Shown in pieces: positions 10,411 through 20,731 of a DNA stretch of 64,000 nt. Within the stretch, counting starts at the first letter, position 1, and each line of letters begins with the position of its first letter. Source of the DNA: Escherichia phage nithesis; sequence record PV252060.1; one strand, 5' to 3'. The notes below the pieces were generated by a model. That model was not told the DNA's origin. It did no database searches and saw only the letters and a program-made list of their open reading frames with translations. A program made the translations under genes and the position numbers.

Positions 10411-10897
10411 AGGTTGGCCTTATCTTCTGGTGGTGGTCCTAGGGACCACCATTTACTTTTGGGGCAATTCCAATGGGCAGTCTACTGTTCAAAAGAAGTG
10501 GGATGACCAAAAGGTTGAATATCAGAAGGCAATGCAAAAATTACAGGACAAATATAATGCTCTCCAAAGAAACCATAGTTATGAAGTCGGGTTACTCACT
10601 TCCCGGTTGCAGACGGCTGAGAGTAATTACGCAAGCGAGCTTGCTCGCGTTAGCAGTGATTACGACAGCCGGATGCAACAGTCTGAAAGACGAGCATCGG
10701 TATATAAACGTCAAGCCGAAGCCGGAACCTTTGAGTGCAGAAGTCTTGCAAGCCATGCAGCCAGACTCGACAACAGTCTTGAAGAAGGCAGACGTTTGGT
10801 TGAAGAACTCAGGGCAACTGTTAGACTCCGTGACAGCCAACTAATTGAGTTGGGTAAACAGATTCAGGCTGACCGTAAACTTTTTGAACAGGAATAA
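10391..10897 (+). CDS. i-spanin (Rz-like)
   Basis: N-terminal transmembrane helix ([16 protein letters not shown]) then charged coiled-coil-like periplasmic domain; directly after endolysin; start moved to internal Met. Confidence 0.55.
   Translation: MKMLISKGWPYLLVVVLGTTIYFWGNSNGQSTVQKKWDDQKVEYQKAMQKLQDKYNALQRNHSYEVGLLTSRLQTAESNYASELARVSSDYDSRMQQSERRASVYKRQAEAGTFECRSLASHAARLDNSLEEGRRLVEELRATVRLRDSQLIELGKQIQADRKLFEQE
10581..10844 (+). CDS. o-spanin (Rz1-like lipoprotein) embedded in the i-spanin gene in another frame
   Basis: Embedded ORF with basic n-region, hydrophobic region ending in a T-A-G-C lipobox-like motif, and a proline-rich mature part (KPKPEPL). Confidence 0.5.
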   Translation: MKSGYSLPGCRRLRVITQASLLALAVITTAGCNSLKDEHRYINVKPKPEPLSAEVLQAMQPDSTTVLKKADVWLKNSGQLLDSVTAN

Positions 10898-10899
10898 CT

Positions 10900-13170
10900 A
10901 TGGAACACCAAGACACTTTTAAGCCTTTACCAGACCCAGCTCAATCAGAGAAGTTAACGGACTGGAAAAAAGAACCAAGTATCCAATTACTGAAAGGTGA
11001 TTTGGAATCAGCTAAACCTGCTCACGATGCAATCATGGCTCAGATTCGTGAGTGGAATGACCTGATGGAAGTCAAAGGCAAAGCTAAACCCCCAAAGGTT
11101 AAAGGGCGTTCTCAAGTTCAGCCTAGACTGGTTCGCCGTCAGGCTGAGTGGCGTTATGCACCACTATCTGAACCATTCCTCTCTTCTAATAAACTCTTTA
11201 AAGTAACTCCTGTTACTTTTGAAGATGAGTTAGCTGCACGACAGAATGAATTAGTTCTTAACTACCAATTCCGTACCCAGCTTAATAAAGTAAAGCTGGT
11301 GGATGATTACGTACATAGTGTCGTAGATGACGGTACTGGTATTGCACGTATTGGCTGGGAACGTAAGACTGTTAAGATTAAAACAGAAACCCCGGTCTTC
11401 CAGTTGTATCCAATTGAGAACCAAGAACAAGCAGATATTCTTCAGCAGGCTTTGCAGCTTCAGGCAGAGAATCCCCGTGAGTATGATGAAACAATGCCGG
11501 AAGATATTAAGGAAGCTGTTAACTACTTCAATGAAACTGGAGAAGCCACTTATGCAATCCAGACTGGTGTTACTGAGGTAGAGGTAGAGAAAGCATTGGT
11601 TAACAGACCTACTGTTGAAATGCTTAATCCAAATAACGTAGTTATTGACCCAAGCTGTAATGGTGATTTGGATAAAGCTTTGTATGCAGTTATCTCATTT
11701 GAGACATGCAAAGCAGACCTCATGAAGAACAAAGACCGTTATCATAATCTGGATAAGATTGACTGGGAAAGTTCCAGTCCTATGACTGACCCAGACCATG
11801 AAAGTAAAACTCCTGGTGACTTCCAGTTTAAGGATGCACTTCGTAAGAAAGTAATTGCTTATGAATACTGGGGATTTTACGACATCAACGATGATGGCTC
11901 ACTGGAACCAATTGTAGCTACCTGGATTGGTTCTACTCTTATTCGCATGGAAAAGAATCCATTCCCGGATGGTAAGTTGCCTTTGGTAGTTGTTCCTTAT
12001 ATGCCTCGTAAACGCGAACTCTACGGTGAAGCTGATGCTGAATTGTTAGGAGATAACCAAGCAATTCTTGGTGCAACTATGCGTGGGATGATTGACCTGT
12101 TAGGTCGAAGTGCAAATGGGCAACGTGGTTATCCTAAGGGGATGTTAGATACCCTAAACCGACGTCGATATGATGATGGTCAAGACTATGAGTATAACCC
12201 AATGCAGGGCAATCCTAGTCAGGCCATTATGGAACATAAGTTCCCTGAGTTACCTCAGTCGGCAATAGTAATGACTCAGATGCAGAACCAGGAAGCTGAA
12301 GCACTAACTGGTGTTAAAGCATTCTCTGGTGGTGTAACTGGTGCAGCTTACGGAGATGTGGCTGCTGGTATTCGTGGTGCACTCGATGCAGCATCCAAAC
12401 GTGAGATGGCAATCCTTCGTCGGTTAGCTAAGGGTATGGCAGACATTGGTACTAAGATTTGTGCAATGAATGCTGTGTTCTTATCTGAGAAAGAAGTAGT
12501 ACGTATTACTAATGAGCAATATGTAGAAATTAACCGTGAAGACCTTAAAGGTAATTTCGATATTGAAGTTGATATTAATACTGCTGAAATTGATAACCAG
12601 AAATCTCAAGATTTGAGCTTCATGGTTCAAACGTTAGGTAATACAGTTGACCAGACTATTACTTTATCTCTTGTAGCTAAGATTGCAGAACTCAAACGCA
12701 TGCCTGACCTTGCACATGAATTACGTACCTGGAAACCACAACCAGACCCTATGGAAGAACAGCTTAAGCAATTGGCAATTCAGAAAGCACAGCTTGAGAA
12801 TGAAGAGTTGAAAAGTAAGATTGCACTCAATAATGCTAAGGCTAAAGAGGCTATTTCTAGTGGTGATCTTAAAGACCTGGATTATCTGGAACAGGAATCT
12901 GGTACTAAACATGCTCGTGATATGGAAAAACAAAAAGCACAATCTCAAGGAAACCAGAACCTTCAGATAACTAAGGCGTTGACAACACCTACTAAAGAAG
13001 GTGAAACTACCCCCAACATATCTGCTGCTGTCGGATATAACGCTTTGACTAACGGGAACTCTTTACAGGAACGTGACTTAGCTGCACAGCAAGACCCGAC
13101 TTATTCACTTAGTTCCCAGTATTATGACCCTAGCCAAGACCCAGCATCGGCTCTTGGTATGAACTTATAA
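10900..13170 (+). CDS. portal protein
   Basis: 756 aa, size and position match N4-like portal; follows lysis genes and precedes scaffold/capsid genes. Confidence 0.65.
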   Translation: MEHQDTFKPLPDPAQSEKLTDWKKEPSIQLLKGDLESAKPAHDAIMAQIREWNDLMEVKGKAKPPKVKGRSQVQPRLVRRQAEWRYAPLSEPFLSSNKLFKVTPVTFEDELAARQNELVLNYQFRTQLNKVKLVDDYVHSVVDDGTGIARIGWERKTVKIKTETPVFQLYPIENQEQADILQQALQLQAENPREYDETMPEDIKEAVNYFNETGEATYAIQTGVTEVEVEKALVNRPTVEMLNPNNVVIDPSCNGDLDKALYAVISFETCKADLMKNKDRYHNLDKIDWESSSPMTDPDHESKTPGDFQFKDALRKKVIAYEYWGFYDINDDGSLEPIVATWIGSTLIRMEKNPFPDGKLPLVVVPYMPRKRELYGEADAELLGDNQAILGATMRGMIDLLGRSANGQRGYPKGMLDTLNRRRYDDGQDYEYNPMQGNPSQAIMEHKFPELPQSAIVMTQMQNQEAEALTGVKAFSGGVTGAAYGDVAAGIRGALDAASKREMAILRRLAKGMADIGTKICAMNAVFLSEKEVVRITNEQYVEINREDLKGNFDIEVDINTAEIDNQKSQDLSFMVQTLGNTVDQTITLSLVAKIAELKRMPDLAHELRTWKPQPDPMEEQLKQLAIQKAQLENEELKSKIALNNAKAKEAISSGDLKDLDYLEQESGTKHARDMEKQKAQSQGNQNLQITKALTTPTKEGETTPNISAAVGYNALTNGNSLQERDLAAQQDPTYSLSSQYYDPSQDPASALGMNL

Positions 13171-13183
13171 GGCAGACCTTCAC

Positions 13184-13528
13184 ATGAGTAAAGAATCAAC
13201 AATCGCAGGACTGGAACATCGACTGGAAGTTGCTAAAGGTGCAGTTGCACATGCAGAAGATGTACGTAAACTTCTGGAGAACCCACTGTTCCGTAAAGTA
13301 ATCCTTCGTCAGTTCTGTGTAGAAGATTGTGCACGTTACGTGCAGGAGTCTGGTGACCCACTCCTTGAACCTAATAACCGTGCTGATGCATTGAACATGG
13401 CTCAGGCTGCTGGTCACTTACGTCGTTGGCTCGACCTCGCCATTCGTATGGGTGAAAACGAAGCTGACGTTATTCTTCAGGTAGAAGAAGAACTCGATGC
13501 AGTTCGTGCTGAACCTGAAGACGAATAA
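13184..13528 (+). CDS. hypothetical head-morphogenesis protein
   Basis: 114-aa ORF between portal and scaffold-like gene. Confidence 0.35.
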   Translation: MSKESTIAGLEHRLEVAKGAVAHAEDVRKLLENPLFRKVILRQFCVEDCARYVQESGDPLLEPNNRADALNMAQAAGHLRRWLDLAIRMGENEADVILQVEEELDAVRAEPEDE

Positions 13529-13547
13529 TTAACCGGAGATATTTCCT

Positions 13548-14768
13548 ATGACTACGGAAGCTGCAACCACAGCTTCCGACATTCTCGCAATGTCGGATGA
13601 TGAGATTCTGAATATGGAAGCCCCAGCAATTGTTGCTGAGGAAGAAACTTCCACTCAGAACAACCCAGAAACCAACGGCGTACAGACTCCTGATGAAGAA
13701 GTTGACACCTCTGCTGTTGAAGACCTACCAACCGAAGAAACCTCCCCCGAAACTGAACCAGTTGAAGATGATTCAGCAAATTCTTTAACTTCTGATAAAG
13801 TTGATGATAAAGTTGTTGACACAGAAGTTGATAGTAACGGCAAGCCGATTACTAAAGCTGAACCTTCTACTGCTGAACCAGGCCAGGAACAGAAAGAAGA
13901 AGGCAAACAGTCTGAAGGTCTGCCTGCTGACTTCAACTATAAGGAAGGTTATGAGAAGTTGATGGCTCCTTTTAAAGCTAACGGCAAAATGATTACTCCC
14001 CGTTCACCGGAGGAGGCCATTAGCCTGATGCAGATGGGTGCTAACTATACTCGTAAGATGCAAGAACTTCAGCCGTACCGTAAGGTAATGCTGATGCTAC
14101 AAAACAACGGTTTAATGGATGAGGAAAAACTTTCTTTCCTGATTGACCTGGATAAGAAGAATCCTGAAGCCATTAAAAAGTTGTTGAAAGACTCTGGTAC
14201 AGATCCTCTGGACTTTAATCCAGAAGAGGAGATTAACTACCAGGGTGGCAAACACCGTGTTACAGACACCGAAGCAGATTTTGCAACCGAAATTGACGAC
14301 TTAAAGTCTACTCAAGAAGGACAAGCTACATTAGGTGTTATTAGCTCGACATGGGATGCTGCCAGTAAAGATGCTCTTTATCAGAATCGTGGCTTACTCC
14401 ACACCATTCACGAACAGCGTGAGAATGGTATTTATGACACCATTGCTAACGAAGTGAATCGTCTTCAGGTGTTAGGTCAGATTCCGGTAGGTACTCCGTT
14501 TATTCAGGCTTATAACTACGTTGGTAACCTCCTTGCACAACAGGGAGCATTTAACCAAGTGGCTAAGCCTGAACCGGTACAAGCAGTTAAACCAGCAGTT
14601 CAGCCGGTAGTGCGTATAGCACAACCTAAGCAGACTCTGGCTAACAATGAGCAAGCTAAAGCAGCTTCCCTTAATCGGGCTGCTACACGTAAAGCAACAC
14701 CTATTGTAAACCCACTCGCTATGAGTGATGAAGATTTCGCTAAACTCCCAGTACCGGGTAGTCTTTAA
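13548..14768 (+). CDS. putative scaffolding protein
   Basis: 406 aa; strongly acidic low-complexity N-terminal region (E/D/T/P-rich); immediately upstream of major capsid gene. Confidence 0.4.
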   Translation: MTTEAATTASDILAMSDDEILNMEAPAIVAEEETSTQNNPETNGVQTPDEEVDTSAVEDLPTEETSPETEPVEDDSANSLTSDKVDDKVVDTEVDSNGKPITKAEPSTAEPGQEQKEEGKQSEGLPADFNYKEGYEKLMAPFKANGKMITPRSPEEAISLMQMGANYTRKMQELQPYRKVMLMLQNNGLMDEEKLSFLIDLDKKNPEAIKKLLKDSGTDPLDFNPEEEINYQGGKHRVTDTEADFATEIDDLKSTQEGQATLGVISSTWDAASKDALYQNRGLLHTIHEQRENGIYDTIANEVNRLQVLGQIPVGTPFIQAYNYVGNLLAQQGAFNQVAKPEPVQAVKPAVQPVVRIAQPKQTLANNEQAKAASLNRAATRKATPIVNPLAMSDEDFAKLPVPGSL

Positions 14769-14784
14769 ACAGGAATGAGATGAT

Positions 14785-15987
14785 ATGTTAAACTATAACG
14801 CTCCAATTGACGGTCAGAAATCTAGCATTGATGGTGCTGGTTCCGACCAGATGAATACCTATTACTGGCTGAAAAAGGCTATTATTCAGTCCCGTAAAGA
14901 CCAATATTTCATGCCTCTGGCTAACACCGTTAACATGCCGAAGAACTACGGTAAGACTGTTAAGGTGTACGAGTACGTTCCTCTGCTTGACGATAAGAAC
15001 ATTAACGATCAGGGTATTGATGCTAACGGTGCTACCATAGTTAACGGTAACCTGTACGGTTCTTCCAAAGACGTTGGTAACATCACCTCTAAACTGCCTC
15101 TGCTGTCAGAGAACGGTGGTCGTGTTAACCGTGTAGGCTTTACTCGTCTGGCTCGTGAAGGTTCTATTCATAAGTTCGGTTTCTTCTACGAATTTACTCA
15201 AGAATCTCTGGACTTTGATTCTGACGACCAACTTAAAGAACACCTGTCTCGTGAACTGATGAACGGTGCTGTACAGTTGACTGAAGCTGTTCTCCAGAAA
15301 GACCTGCTGGCTGCTGCTGGTACTGTACTGTATGCAGGTGCTGCTGTTTCTGATGCTACCATCACTGGTGAAGGTTCTACCCCGTCTGTAGTTTCTTATA
15401 AGAACCTGATGCGTCTTGACCAGATTCTTACTGAGAACCGTACTCCGACCCAGACTACTATCATCACTGGTTCTAAACTGACTGATACCAAAGTACTTGG
15501 TGGTACTCGTGTAATGTACGTTGGTTCTGAACTGGTTCCAGAACTGAAAGCGATGAAAGACCTGTTTGGTAATAAAGCATTCATCGAAGTTCAGCACTAT
15601 GCTGATGCTGGTACACTGATGAATGGTGAAATTGGTTGTATTGATAAGTTCCGTATTATCCAGGTTCCAGAGATGCTGCATTGGGCAGGTGCTGGTGCAC
15701 AGGTTACTACTAACCCGGGTTACCGTACCACTATGGTATCTGGTCAGGAGCACTACGACGTATTCCCGATGCTGGTAGTTGGTGATGATTCCTTCTCTAC
15801 CATTGGCTTCCAGACTGATGGTAAGTCTGTTAAGTTCACCATCATGACTAAGATGCCTGGTAAAGAAACTGCTGACCGTAATGACCCGTATGGTGAGACT
15901 GGCTTCAGTTCTATCAAGTGGTACTATGGTATCCTGGTTAAACGCCCAGAACGTCTGGCTCTGATTAAGACTGTTGCTCCTCTGTAA
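14785..15987 (+). CDS. major capsid protein
   Basis: 400 aa, size and position match N4-type major capsid protein; codon usage of a highly expressed gene; strong hairpin terminator directly downstream. Confidence 0.7.
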   Translation: MLNYNAPIDGQKSSIDGAGSDQMNTYYWLKKAIIQSRKDQYFMPLANTVNMPKNYGKTVKVYEYVPLLDDKNINDQGIDANGATIVNGNLYGSSKDVGNITSKLPLLSENGGRVNRVGFTRLAREGSIHKFGFFYEFTQESLDFDSDDQLKEHLSRELMNGAVQLTEAVLQKDLLAAAGTVLYAGAAVSDATITGEGSTPSVVSYKNLMRLDQILTENRTPTQTTIITGSKLTDTKVLGGTRVMYVGSELVPELKAMKDLFGNKAFIEVQHYADAGTLMNGEIGCIDKFRIIQVPEMLHWAGAGAQVTTNPGYRTTMVSGQEHYDVFPMLVVGDDSFSTIGFQTDGKSVKFTIMTKMPGKETADRNDPYGETGFSSIKWYYGILVKRPERLALIKTVAPL

Positions 15988-16003
15988 TAGTCCGAAATAA
16001 AAC

Positions 16004-16030
16004 AAGGGGGACATAAGTCCCCCTCTTAAT
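16004..16030 (+). terminator. intrinsic terminator after major capsid gene
   Basis: GGGGGAC-ATAA-GTCCCCC hairpin followed by TCTTAAT. Confidence 0.6.
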
Positions 16031-16054
16031 AAAACTAAATGAACTACAGGAAAT

Positions 16055-16693
16055 ATGAACATGAGCATTAACGATAAACCGACCACTGACGTAGAAGTGA
16101 ACGTACAGGGCAACGAAGATACCGTTAACGATATTGCAATGCCTAGCGAACTTGAAGTTCTTAAGCAACGAGCAACGTTGATGAATATCAAGTTCTCTAA
16201 CAACATTTCCGTTGAGAAGCTTCGTGAGAAGATTGAAGCTGCACAAGTAAAAGATGAACCAGTAGTAGAAGCTACTGTTAACCCATTGGGTGCTAATCAG
16301 GAAGCCGGTGTTAAGAAGATGACCCTGGGTCAGAAGATTCGTGCAGAACAGACTCGACTGATTCGTGTACGTATTCAGAACCTTGACCCTAAGAAGAAAG
16401 ACCTCCCGGGTGAGATTATCACCGTAGCTAACGAATACATGGGTACTGTACGTAAGTTTGTTCCGTTCGGTGAAGTAACCGACAATGGTTATCATATTCC
16501 GTACTGTATCTACGAGTTCCTTAAAGAGCGTAAGTTCATTAACATTACTACCCGTAAAGGTAAGAATGGCTTACCTGACATCCGTGCAACAGAAGCACGA
16601 GAGTTCTCCATTGAAGTACTGCCTCCGTTGACAGAAGCTGAATTAGCTCAACTGGCTCAAGCACAGATTGCTGCTGGTAGCCTTAACGATTAA
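16055..16693 (+). CDS. virion-associated protein, function unknown
   Basis: 212-aa ORF downstream of capsid gene. Confidence 0.4.
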   Translation: MNMSINDKPTTDVEVNVQGNEDTVNDIAMPSELEVLKQRATLMNIKFSNNISVEKLREKIEAAQVKDEPVVEATVNPLGANQEAGVKKMTLGQKIRAEQTRLIRVRIQNLDPKKKDLPGEIITVANEYMGTVRKFVPFGEVTDNGYHIPYCIYEFLKERKFINITTRKGKNGLPDIRATEAREFSIEVLPPLTEAELAQLAQAQIAAGSLND

Positions 16694-16763
16694 CGTATAA
16701 GCTACAGTTCAACACGGCTCACTGGGGTAACTCCGTGGGCCGTTTCTTTTTGAACCAAGAGGA

Positions 16764-17606
16764 ATGATTATGTCTTGTTCTGCTGAGGTAGAAGCTAACC
16801 GACTCCTAGAAGAGTTAACTAAGGGTGATGACTTTACCCTTCCTGATATTGATATGTCTGGCCCTGAATGGGATATCCCTGGTGGTGATGATTCTCCAAT
16901 CTTTGGTGCCATTACTAAAGTAACCAACGAATCTCTTACTACCCGTGAAGTAGGTGGCAGTGGTACGTTTGATGCATTAATGGAATCTGCACATAATCAC
17001 CTTAAAGCTGAGTTTAAGGCTAACCGTATTACAGGTGGTGAATATACCAAAGCATACATTGCTATGATGGAATCATGCATGAGTAATGCTGTTCAGTTCT
17101 TACTTGGTCGTGACCAGGCATACTGGGCTGCTGCATTGGCACAGATTCAGGCTGTTACTGCACGTGTTACACTGGCTACCTCTAAAGCACAGTTTGTACT
17201 AGCTAAGATTCAAGCAATATCTGCTAAGAGTGAATACGCTCTTACTAAGATGAAGATTGCTACTGAGTCTGAAACGTACTGTGCTGCATTGTTTAATGCC
17301 GACCAGATGTTACCTCAACAGCTTAAATTGCTTACTGAGCAGACTGAAGCACAACGTGCACAGACACTGGATACTCGTACTGATGGTGCAGTAGTTAAGG
17401 GTTCTGTAGGTAAACAGAAAGAGTTGTACTCCCAGCAGATTACTTCTTACCAACGTGATGCAGAGGTTAAAGCATCTAAGCTGTTCACTGATGCATGGAT
17501 TACACAGAAGACTATTGATGAAGGCTTGAATCCACCTAATGGTTTCACCAACGCAAGTATTGACACCATTCTGACCAAGCTGAAGTCTAACAACGGGCTG
17601 AACTAA
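16764..17606 (+). CDS. virion structural protein, function unknown
   Basis: 280-aa ORF in structural block. Confidence 0.4.
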   Translation: MIMSCSAEVEANRLLEELTKGDDFTLPDIDMSGPEWDIPGGDDSPIFGAITKVTNESLTTREVGGSGTFDALMESAHNHLKAEFKANRITGGEYTKAYIAMMESCMSNAVQFLLGRDQAYWAAALAQIQAVTARVTLATSKAQFVLAKIQAISAKSEYALTKMKIATESETYCAALFNADQMLPQQLKLLTEQTEAQRAQTLDTRTDGAVVKGSVGKQKELYSQQITSYQRDAEVKASKLFTDAWITQKTIDEGLNPPNGFTNASIDTILTKLKSNNGLN

Positions 17607-17607
17607 T

Positions 17608-20262
17608 ATGGGTTTATTCAGTGGGAAGACCAAAGTATACGTAGCATCCTCTGTCTATAACATGGCAGGGGATATACACAAACGTCCCAACTATATGAAG
17701 ACTGTAGTCATCGGTAACATTGTTTCCAATACAGGATTCACTATGGCAGACACTATCTCTGATAGTTATCTGAATGGACCGGGTATTCGTATGCGACTGT
17801 TCTCTAGCTGGAGTAAGAACCACTATGATTCAGAAGTTGGTATGGCTGGCTCTTCATTAGGTGTACTGGCTAAGATTGACCCTACTGTTATAGAGGGTCA
17901 AATTACACCACCTGCTGGAGAGTCCGTCTATGTTCAGGCAGCAGAGATTGGTTTTGCTGACTTTGAACAATGGTGTGACCAGTATCTTTATGAGAATGCC
18001 CCAAGTCGAATCATGGAACGATTCGATATAGACATTGATGAAGATACTAATGAAATTACTATGACCTCCCTGGATGGAGGTTCTACTATTAAATTCACAC
18101 CTACTAACTTTGAACCAGGTGCTTTGTATCTCTATGCTGATTACTCGTTTTACAAGTCCCCCTCTATCAATCCACCTGTAGTAGGGCCAACTACTGTCTA
18201 TGATGATGAGGATGACTTACCCTCTACTTTGCTATGGACTACTGTATCAAGTGATACAACAGCCAATACAACTAACCTTACTAAGATTATACATACTCAT
18301 TCTGTTTACTCTGATGGTAGACCGGATGAAGATAGTACCGTCACGGAACCAAGTGTAGATAACTGGAACTCTTACGTTAAGGTCTACCGTAGAGGGTTTA
18401 CTGAGAAACCTGATGGTGTGACTGTGGTTGTATCTGACAGGGTAATGACTCATAAAAAGTTTGGTGAGGTTCAATCCAGTACCACTGTAACTACCAATGT
18501 AGTTGATATAGGTGGAGGAGTTACTCGTACTGACACAATCACTACAACCACAGAGACACTGGTTCGTAAGTATTCCTCCCAGACTACTCGTACAGATACA
18601 GAGATGACTGCTGTTGGTACACCTAAGATGCTTATCTATAAGCAGAACTCTGGTAACGTTGCACTGGATTCACTGTTTGAGACTGAGGCTACTGACAACC
18701 GATTCTACCCATTCATCCCAATCAGGAATGATAAACGATGGGTAGAGAATGACCCAATATACCCTCACTGTAAGAAAGCTCTTTATAAAGCTACAGGTGG
18801 TAAGCTCAATAATGTAGTAACTGAGCTTAAGAAGAATAAGGATATAGGAGATATCCAATACATTTATGGCACATTCGGTGTATCTCTTAATACCCCAGAA
18901 GATACTGCTAAAGAATACATCTACCGTTTCTTTCAGATGGCTACTGAAGCATTCCCACCTGACCCAACCTACCCTACATTGGAAGCAGTGATTGCAGGTT
19001 ATCAGGCAGCTAATGATGCAGTTGATGCATACGTAAAATGGTGGAACGAGGGGGTAAATCAGGTAGTTGGAACACCCCCACCACTGCCAGAATACCCTGT
19101 CATACCTAAGCGAGAGTTTAGGGTACATAGTAATAAGCAGTACAAGTATGACATGACTATTGGCTGGAATTACGTGTCTGAAACTACTCACTCAGGGCAA
19201 GCATGGTCTGGTGCTAAGCAGGGGCAACTTCGATCCAGGTATGCAGGAGATATAACCCTTACCCGTAAGAACATACGTACTGCTAGTAACTCTGGCTCAA
19301 CTAAGAAGCTGGAGGTTACTACTACATTTTACTCTATGCAGGAATACGAACTGCTTTGGCAGGATGGTAATAATACCTACCGTAAACTTAGGGTACTGGG
19401 CCTAAACCACAATAACAGGGTATATAAAAATAAGTCAGTGCATATTGATGTTGCCGGGGCAATGGGTGATGCAGAGGAGAGTGGATTTATTATTCCACTG
19501 CATACTAACATCTATCGTTCAATGTCACTGGTTCGAAGTACTCAGTTATCCACTGCCTGTTCCTACTTAGTGATGAACTCATATAAGAAGGTTAAGCAGA
19601 AGTGGTATCAAACATCTGCTTTTAAAATTGTGGTTGTTGTAGTTGCTGTCGTTGTATCCGTATTCACTATGGGTGCTGGTGGTGCAGGTATACTTGGAGC
19701 ATATGGTGCAGTTGGTGCATCACTTGGCTTTGTTGGATTAGCTGCCGTGATAGTTGGTGCTGTAGCAAACGCTATTGCTGGAATGATTCTGGTATCCATT
19801 ATTACAAAAGTATCCACTGCACTGTTCGGTGATAAACTGGGCTTTATTATTGCAGCTATTGCTTCGATGGTAGCTATGAATGTTGGTACTGCATTGTCTA
19901 CTGGTACATCTCTGTCTACCTTAGCCAGTGAGATGATGAATGCCCAAAACATCATGCAGCTTACCAGTTCAGTTGGTAATGGTATTAGCCAGTATATTAA
20001 TGCATCTACGGCTGCTACTATTCAGAAAGCAGAGAAAGTAATGCAGCAGTACAATACTGATATGATGGCAATCAATAAGCAGTATGAAGAGATGTTTGGT
20101 ACTGCTGGACAGGGCGTAATTGACCCTATGCAATTCGTGTCAATGGAGTCACTGGATTCTTTCTTATCCCGTACACTTATGACTGGTTCGGATATAGCTG
20201 ACATGTCTTTAAACATGGTTGGCAGCTTCTCTGACATGACCCTTAATACTGATCTTGTTTAA
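17608..20262 (+). CDS. large virion protein with C-terminal Gly/Ala-rich multi-transmembrane region (putative internal/ejection protein)
   Basis: 884 aa; C-terminal 150 aa contain consecutive hydrophobic segments (VVVVVAVVVSVFTMGAGGAGILGAYGAVGASLGFVGLAAVIVGAV...). Confidence 0.45.
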   Translation: MGLFSGKTKVYVASSVYNMAGDIHKRPNYMKTVVIGNIVSNTGFTMADTISDSYLNGPGIRMRLFSSWSKNHYDSEVGMAGSSLGVLAKIDPTVIEGQITPPAGESVYVQAAEIGFADFEQWCDQYLYENAPSRIMERFDIDIDEDTNEITMTSLDGGSTIKFTPTNFEPGALYLYADYSFYKSPSINPPVVGPTTVYDDEDDLPSTLLWTTVSSDTTANTTNLTKIIHTHSVYSDGRPDEDSTVTEPSVDNWNSYVKVYRRGFTEKPDGVTVVVSDRVMTHKKFGEVQSSTTVTTNVVDIGGGVTRTDTITTTTETLVRKYSSQTTRTDTEMTAVGTPKMLIYKQNSGNVALDSLFETEATDNRFYPFIPIRNDKRWVENDPIYPHCKKALYKATGGKLNNVVTELKKNKDIGDIQYIYGTFGVSLNTPEDTAKEYIYRFFQMATEAFPPDPTYPTLEAVIAGYQAANDAVDAYVKWWNEGVNQVVGTPPPLPEYPVIPKREFRVHSNKQYKYDMTIGWNYVSETTHSGQAWSGAKQGQLRSRYAGDITLTRKNIRTASNSGSTKKLEVTTTFYSMQEYELLWQDGNNTYRKLRVLGLNHNNRVYKNKSVHIDVAGAMGDAEESGFIIPLHTNIYRSMSLVRSTQLSTACSYLVMNSYKKVKQKWYQTSAFKIVVVVVAVVVSVFTMGAGGAGILGAYGAVGASLGFVGLAAVIVGAVANAIAGMILVSIITKVSTALFGDKLGFIIAAIASMVAMNVGTALSTGTSLSTLASEMMNAQNIMQLTSSVGNGISQYINASTAATIQKAEKVMQQYNTDMMAINKQYEEMFGTAGQGVIDPMQFVSMESLDSFLSRTLMTGSDIADMSLNMVGSFSDMTLNTDLV

Positions 20263-20719
20263 CAGGAGAATCCCCATGGATTTGTCATTCTTAACAGGCA
20301 ACCAAACCCCACAGCCAGCTGCTATGTCTTGGATGTCTAACAACAATCAGAACTTTAATACCCCAGCTATGAACTATAACCCAGGTGCAGCTATTGGTAT
20401 GGGTACGAATTTGGGAGCATCTTCCCCTACTACTTTCATGTCTGGTTCAGCTAATCAGTTGGGCCTGAACGTACCCACCTTCCAGTTAGGACTGGGTGCA
20501 CTTGGTTCATTAGCTAATATCTATAGTGGTTTCCAGGCCAATAAGTTAGCCAAAGACCAGTTGAACTTTGCTAAGAGTGTTACTAACACTAACCTGAATA
20601 ACCAGATTAAGTCTTATAACACTGCACTGGAAGACCGTGCTCGTAGCCGTGCTGTTGCAGAGAACCGTGACCAGTCTACTGCTGATGCTTATATTGCAGC
20701 TAATAAATTAACCCGTTAA
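20255..20719 (+). CDS. virion protein, function unknown
   Basis: 154-aa ORF overlapping the upstream stop; Asn/Gly/Ser-rich. Confidence 0.35.
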   Translation: MFNRRIPMDLSFLTGNQTPQPAAMSWMSNNNQNFNTPAMNYNPGAAIGMGTNLGASSPTTFMSGSANQLGLNVPTFQLGLGALGSLANIYSGFQANKLAKDQLNFAKSVTNTNLNNQIKSYNTALEDRARSRAVAENRDQSTADAYIAANKLTR

Positions 20720-20731
20720 TAGGAAACCATC

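Noticed and set aside
15106-16206. 366-aa minus-strand ORF antisense to the major capsid gene
   Set aside because: Lies entirely antisense to a strongly codon-biased, highly expressed + strand gene and crosses a terminator hairpin; long antisense ORFs are a common artefact of codon bias.
15965-16495. 176-aa minus-strand ORF
   Set aside because: Antisense to the + strand virion gene at 16055-16693 and to the capsid terminator; no independent start signals.
19608-19955. 115-aa minus-strand ORF rich in Ala/Thr/Pro
   Set aside because: Antisense to the Gly/Ala-rich transmembrane region of the 884-aa virion protein; the composition mirrors the sense strand.
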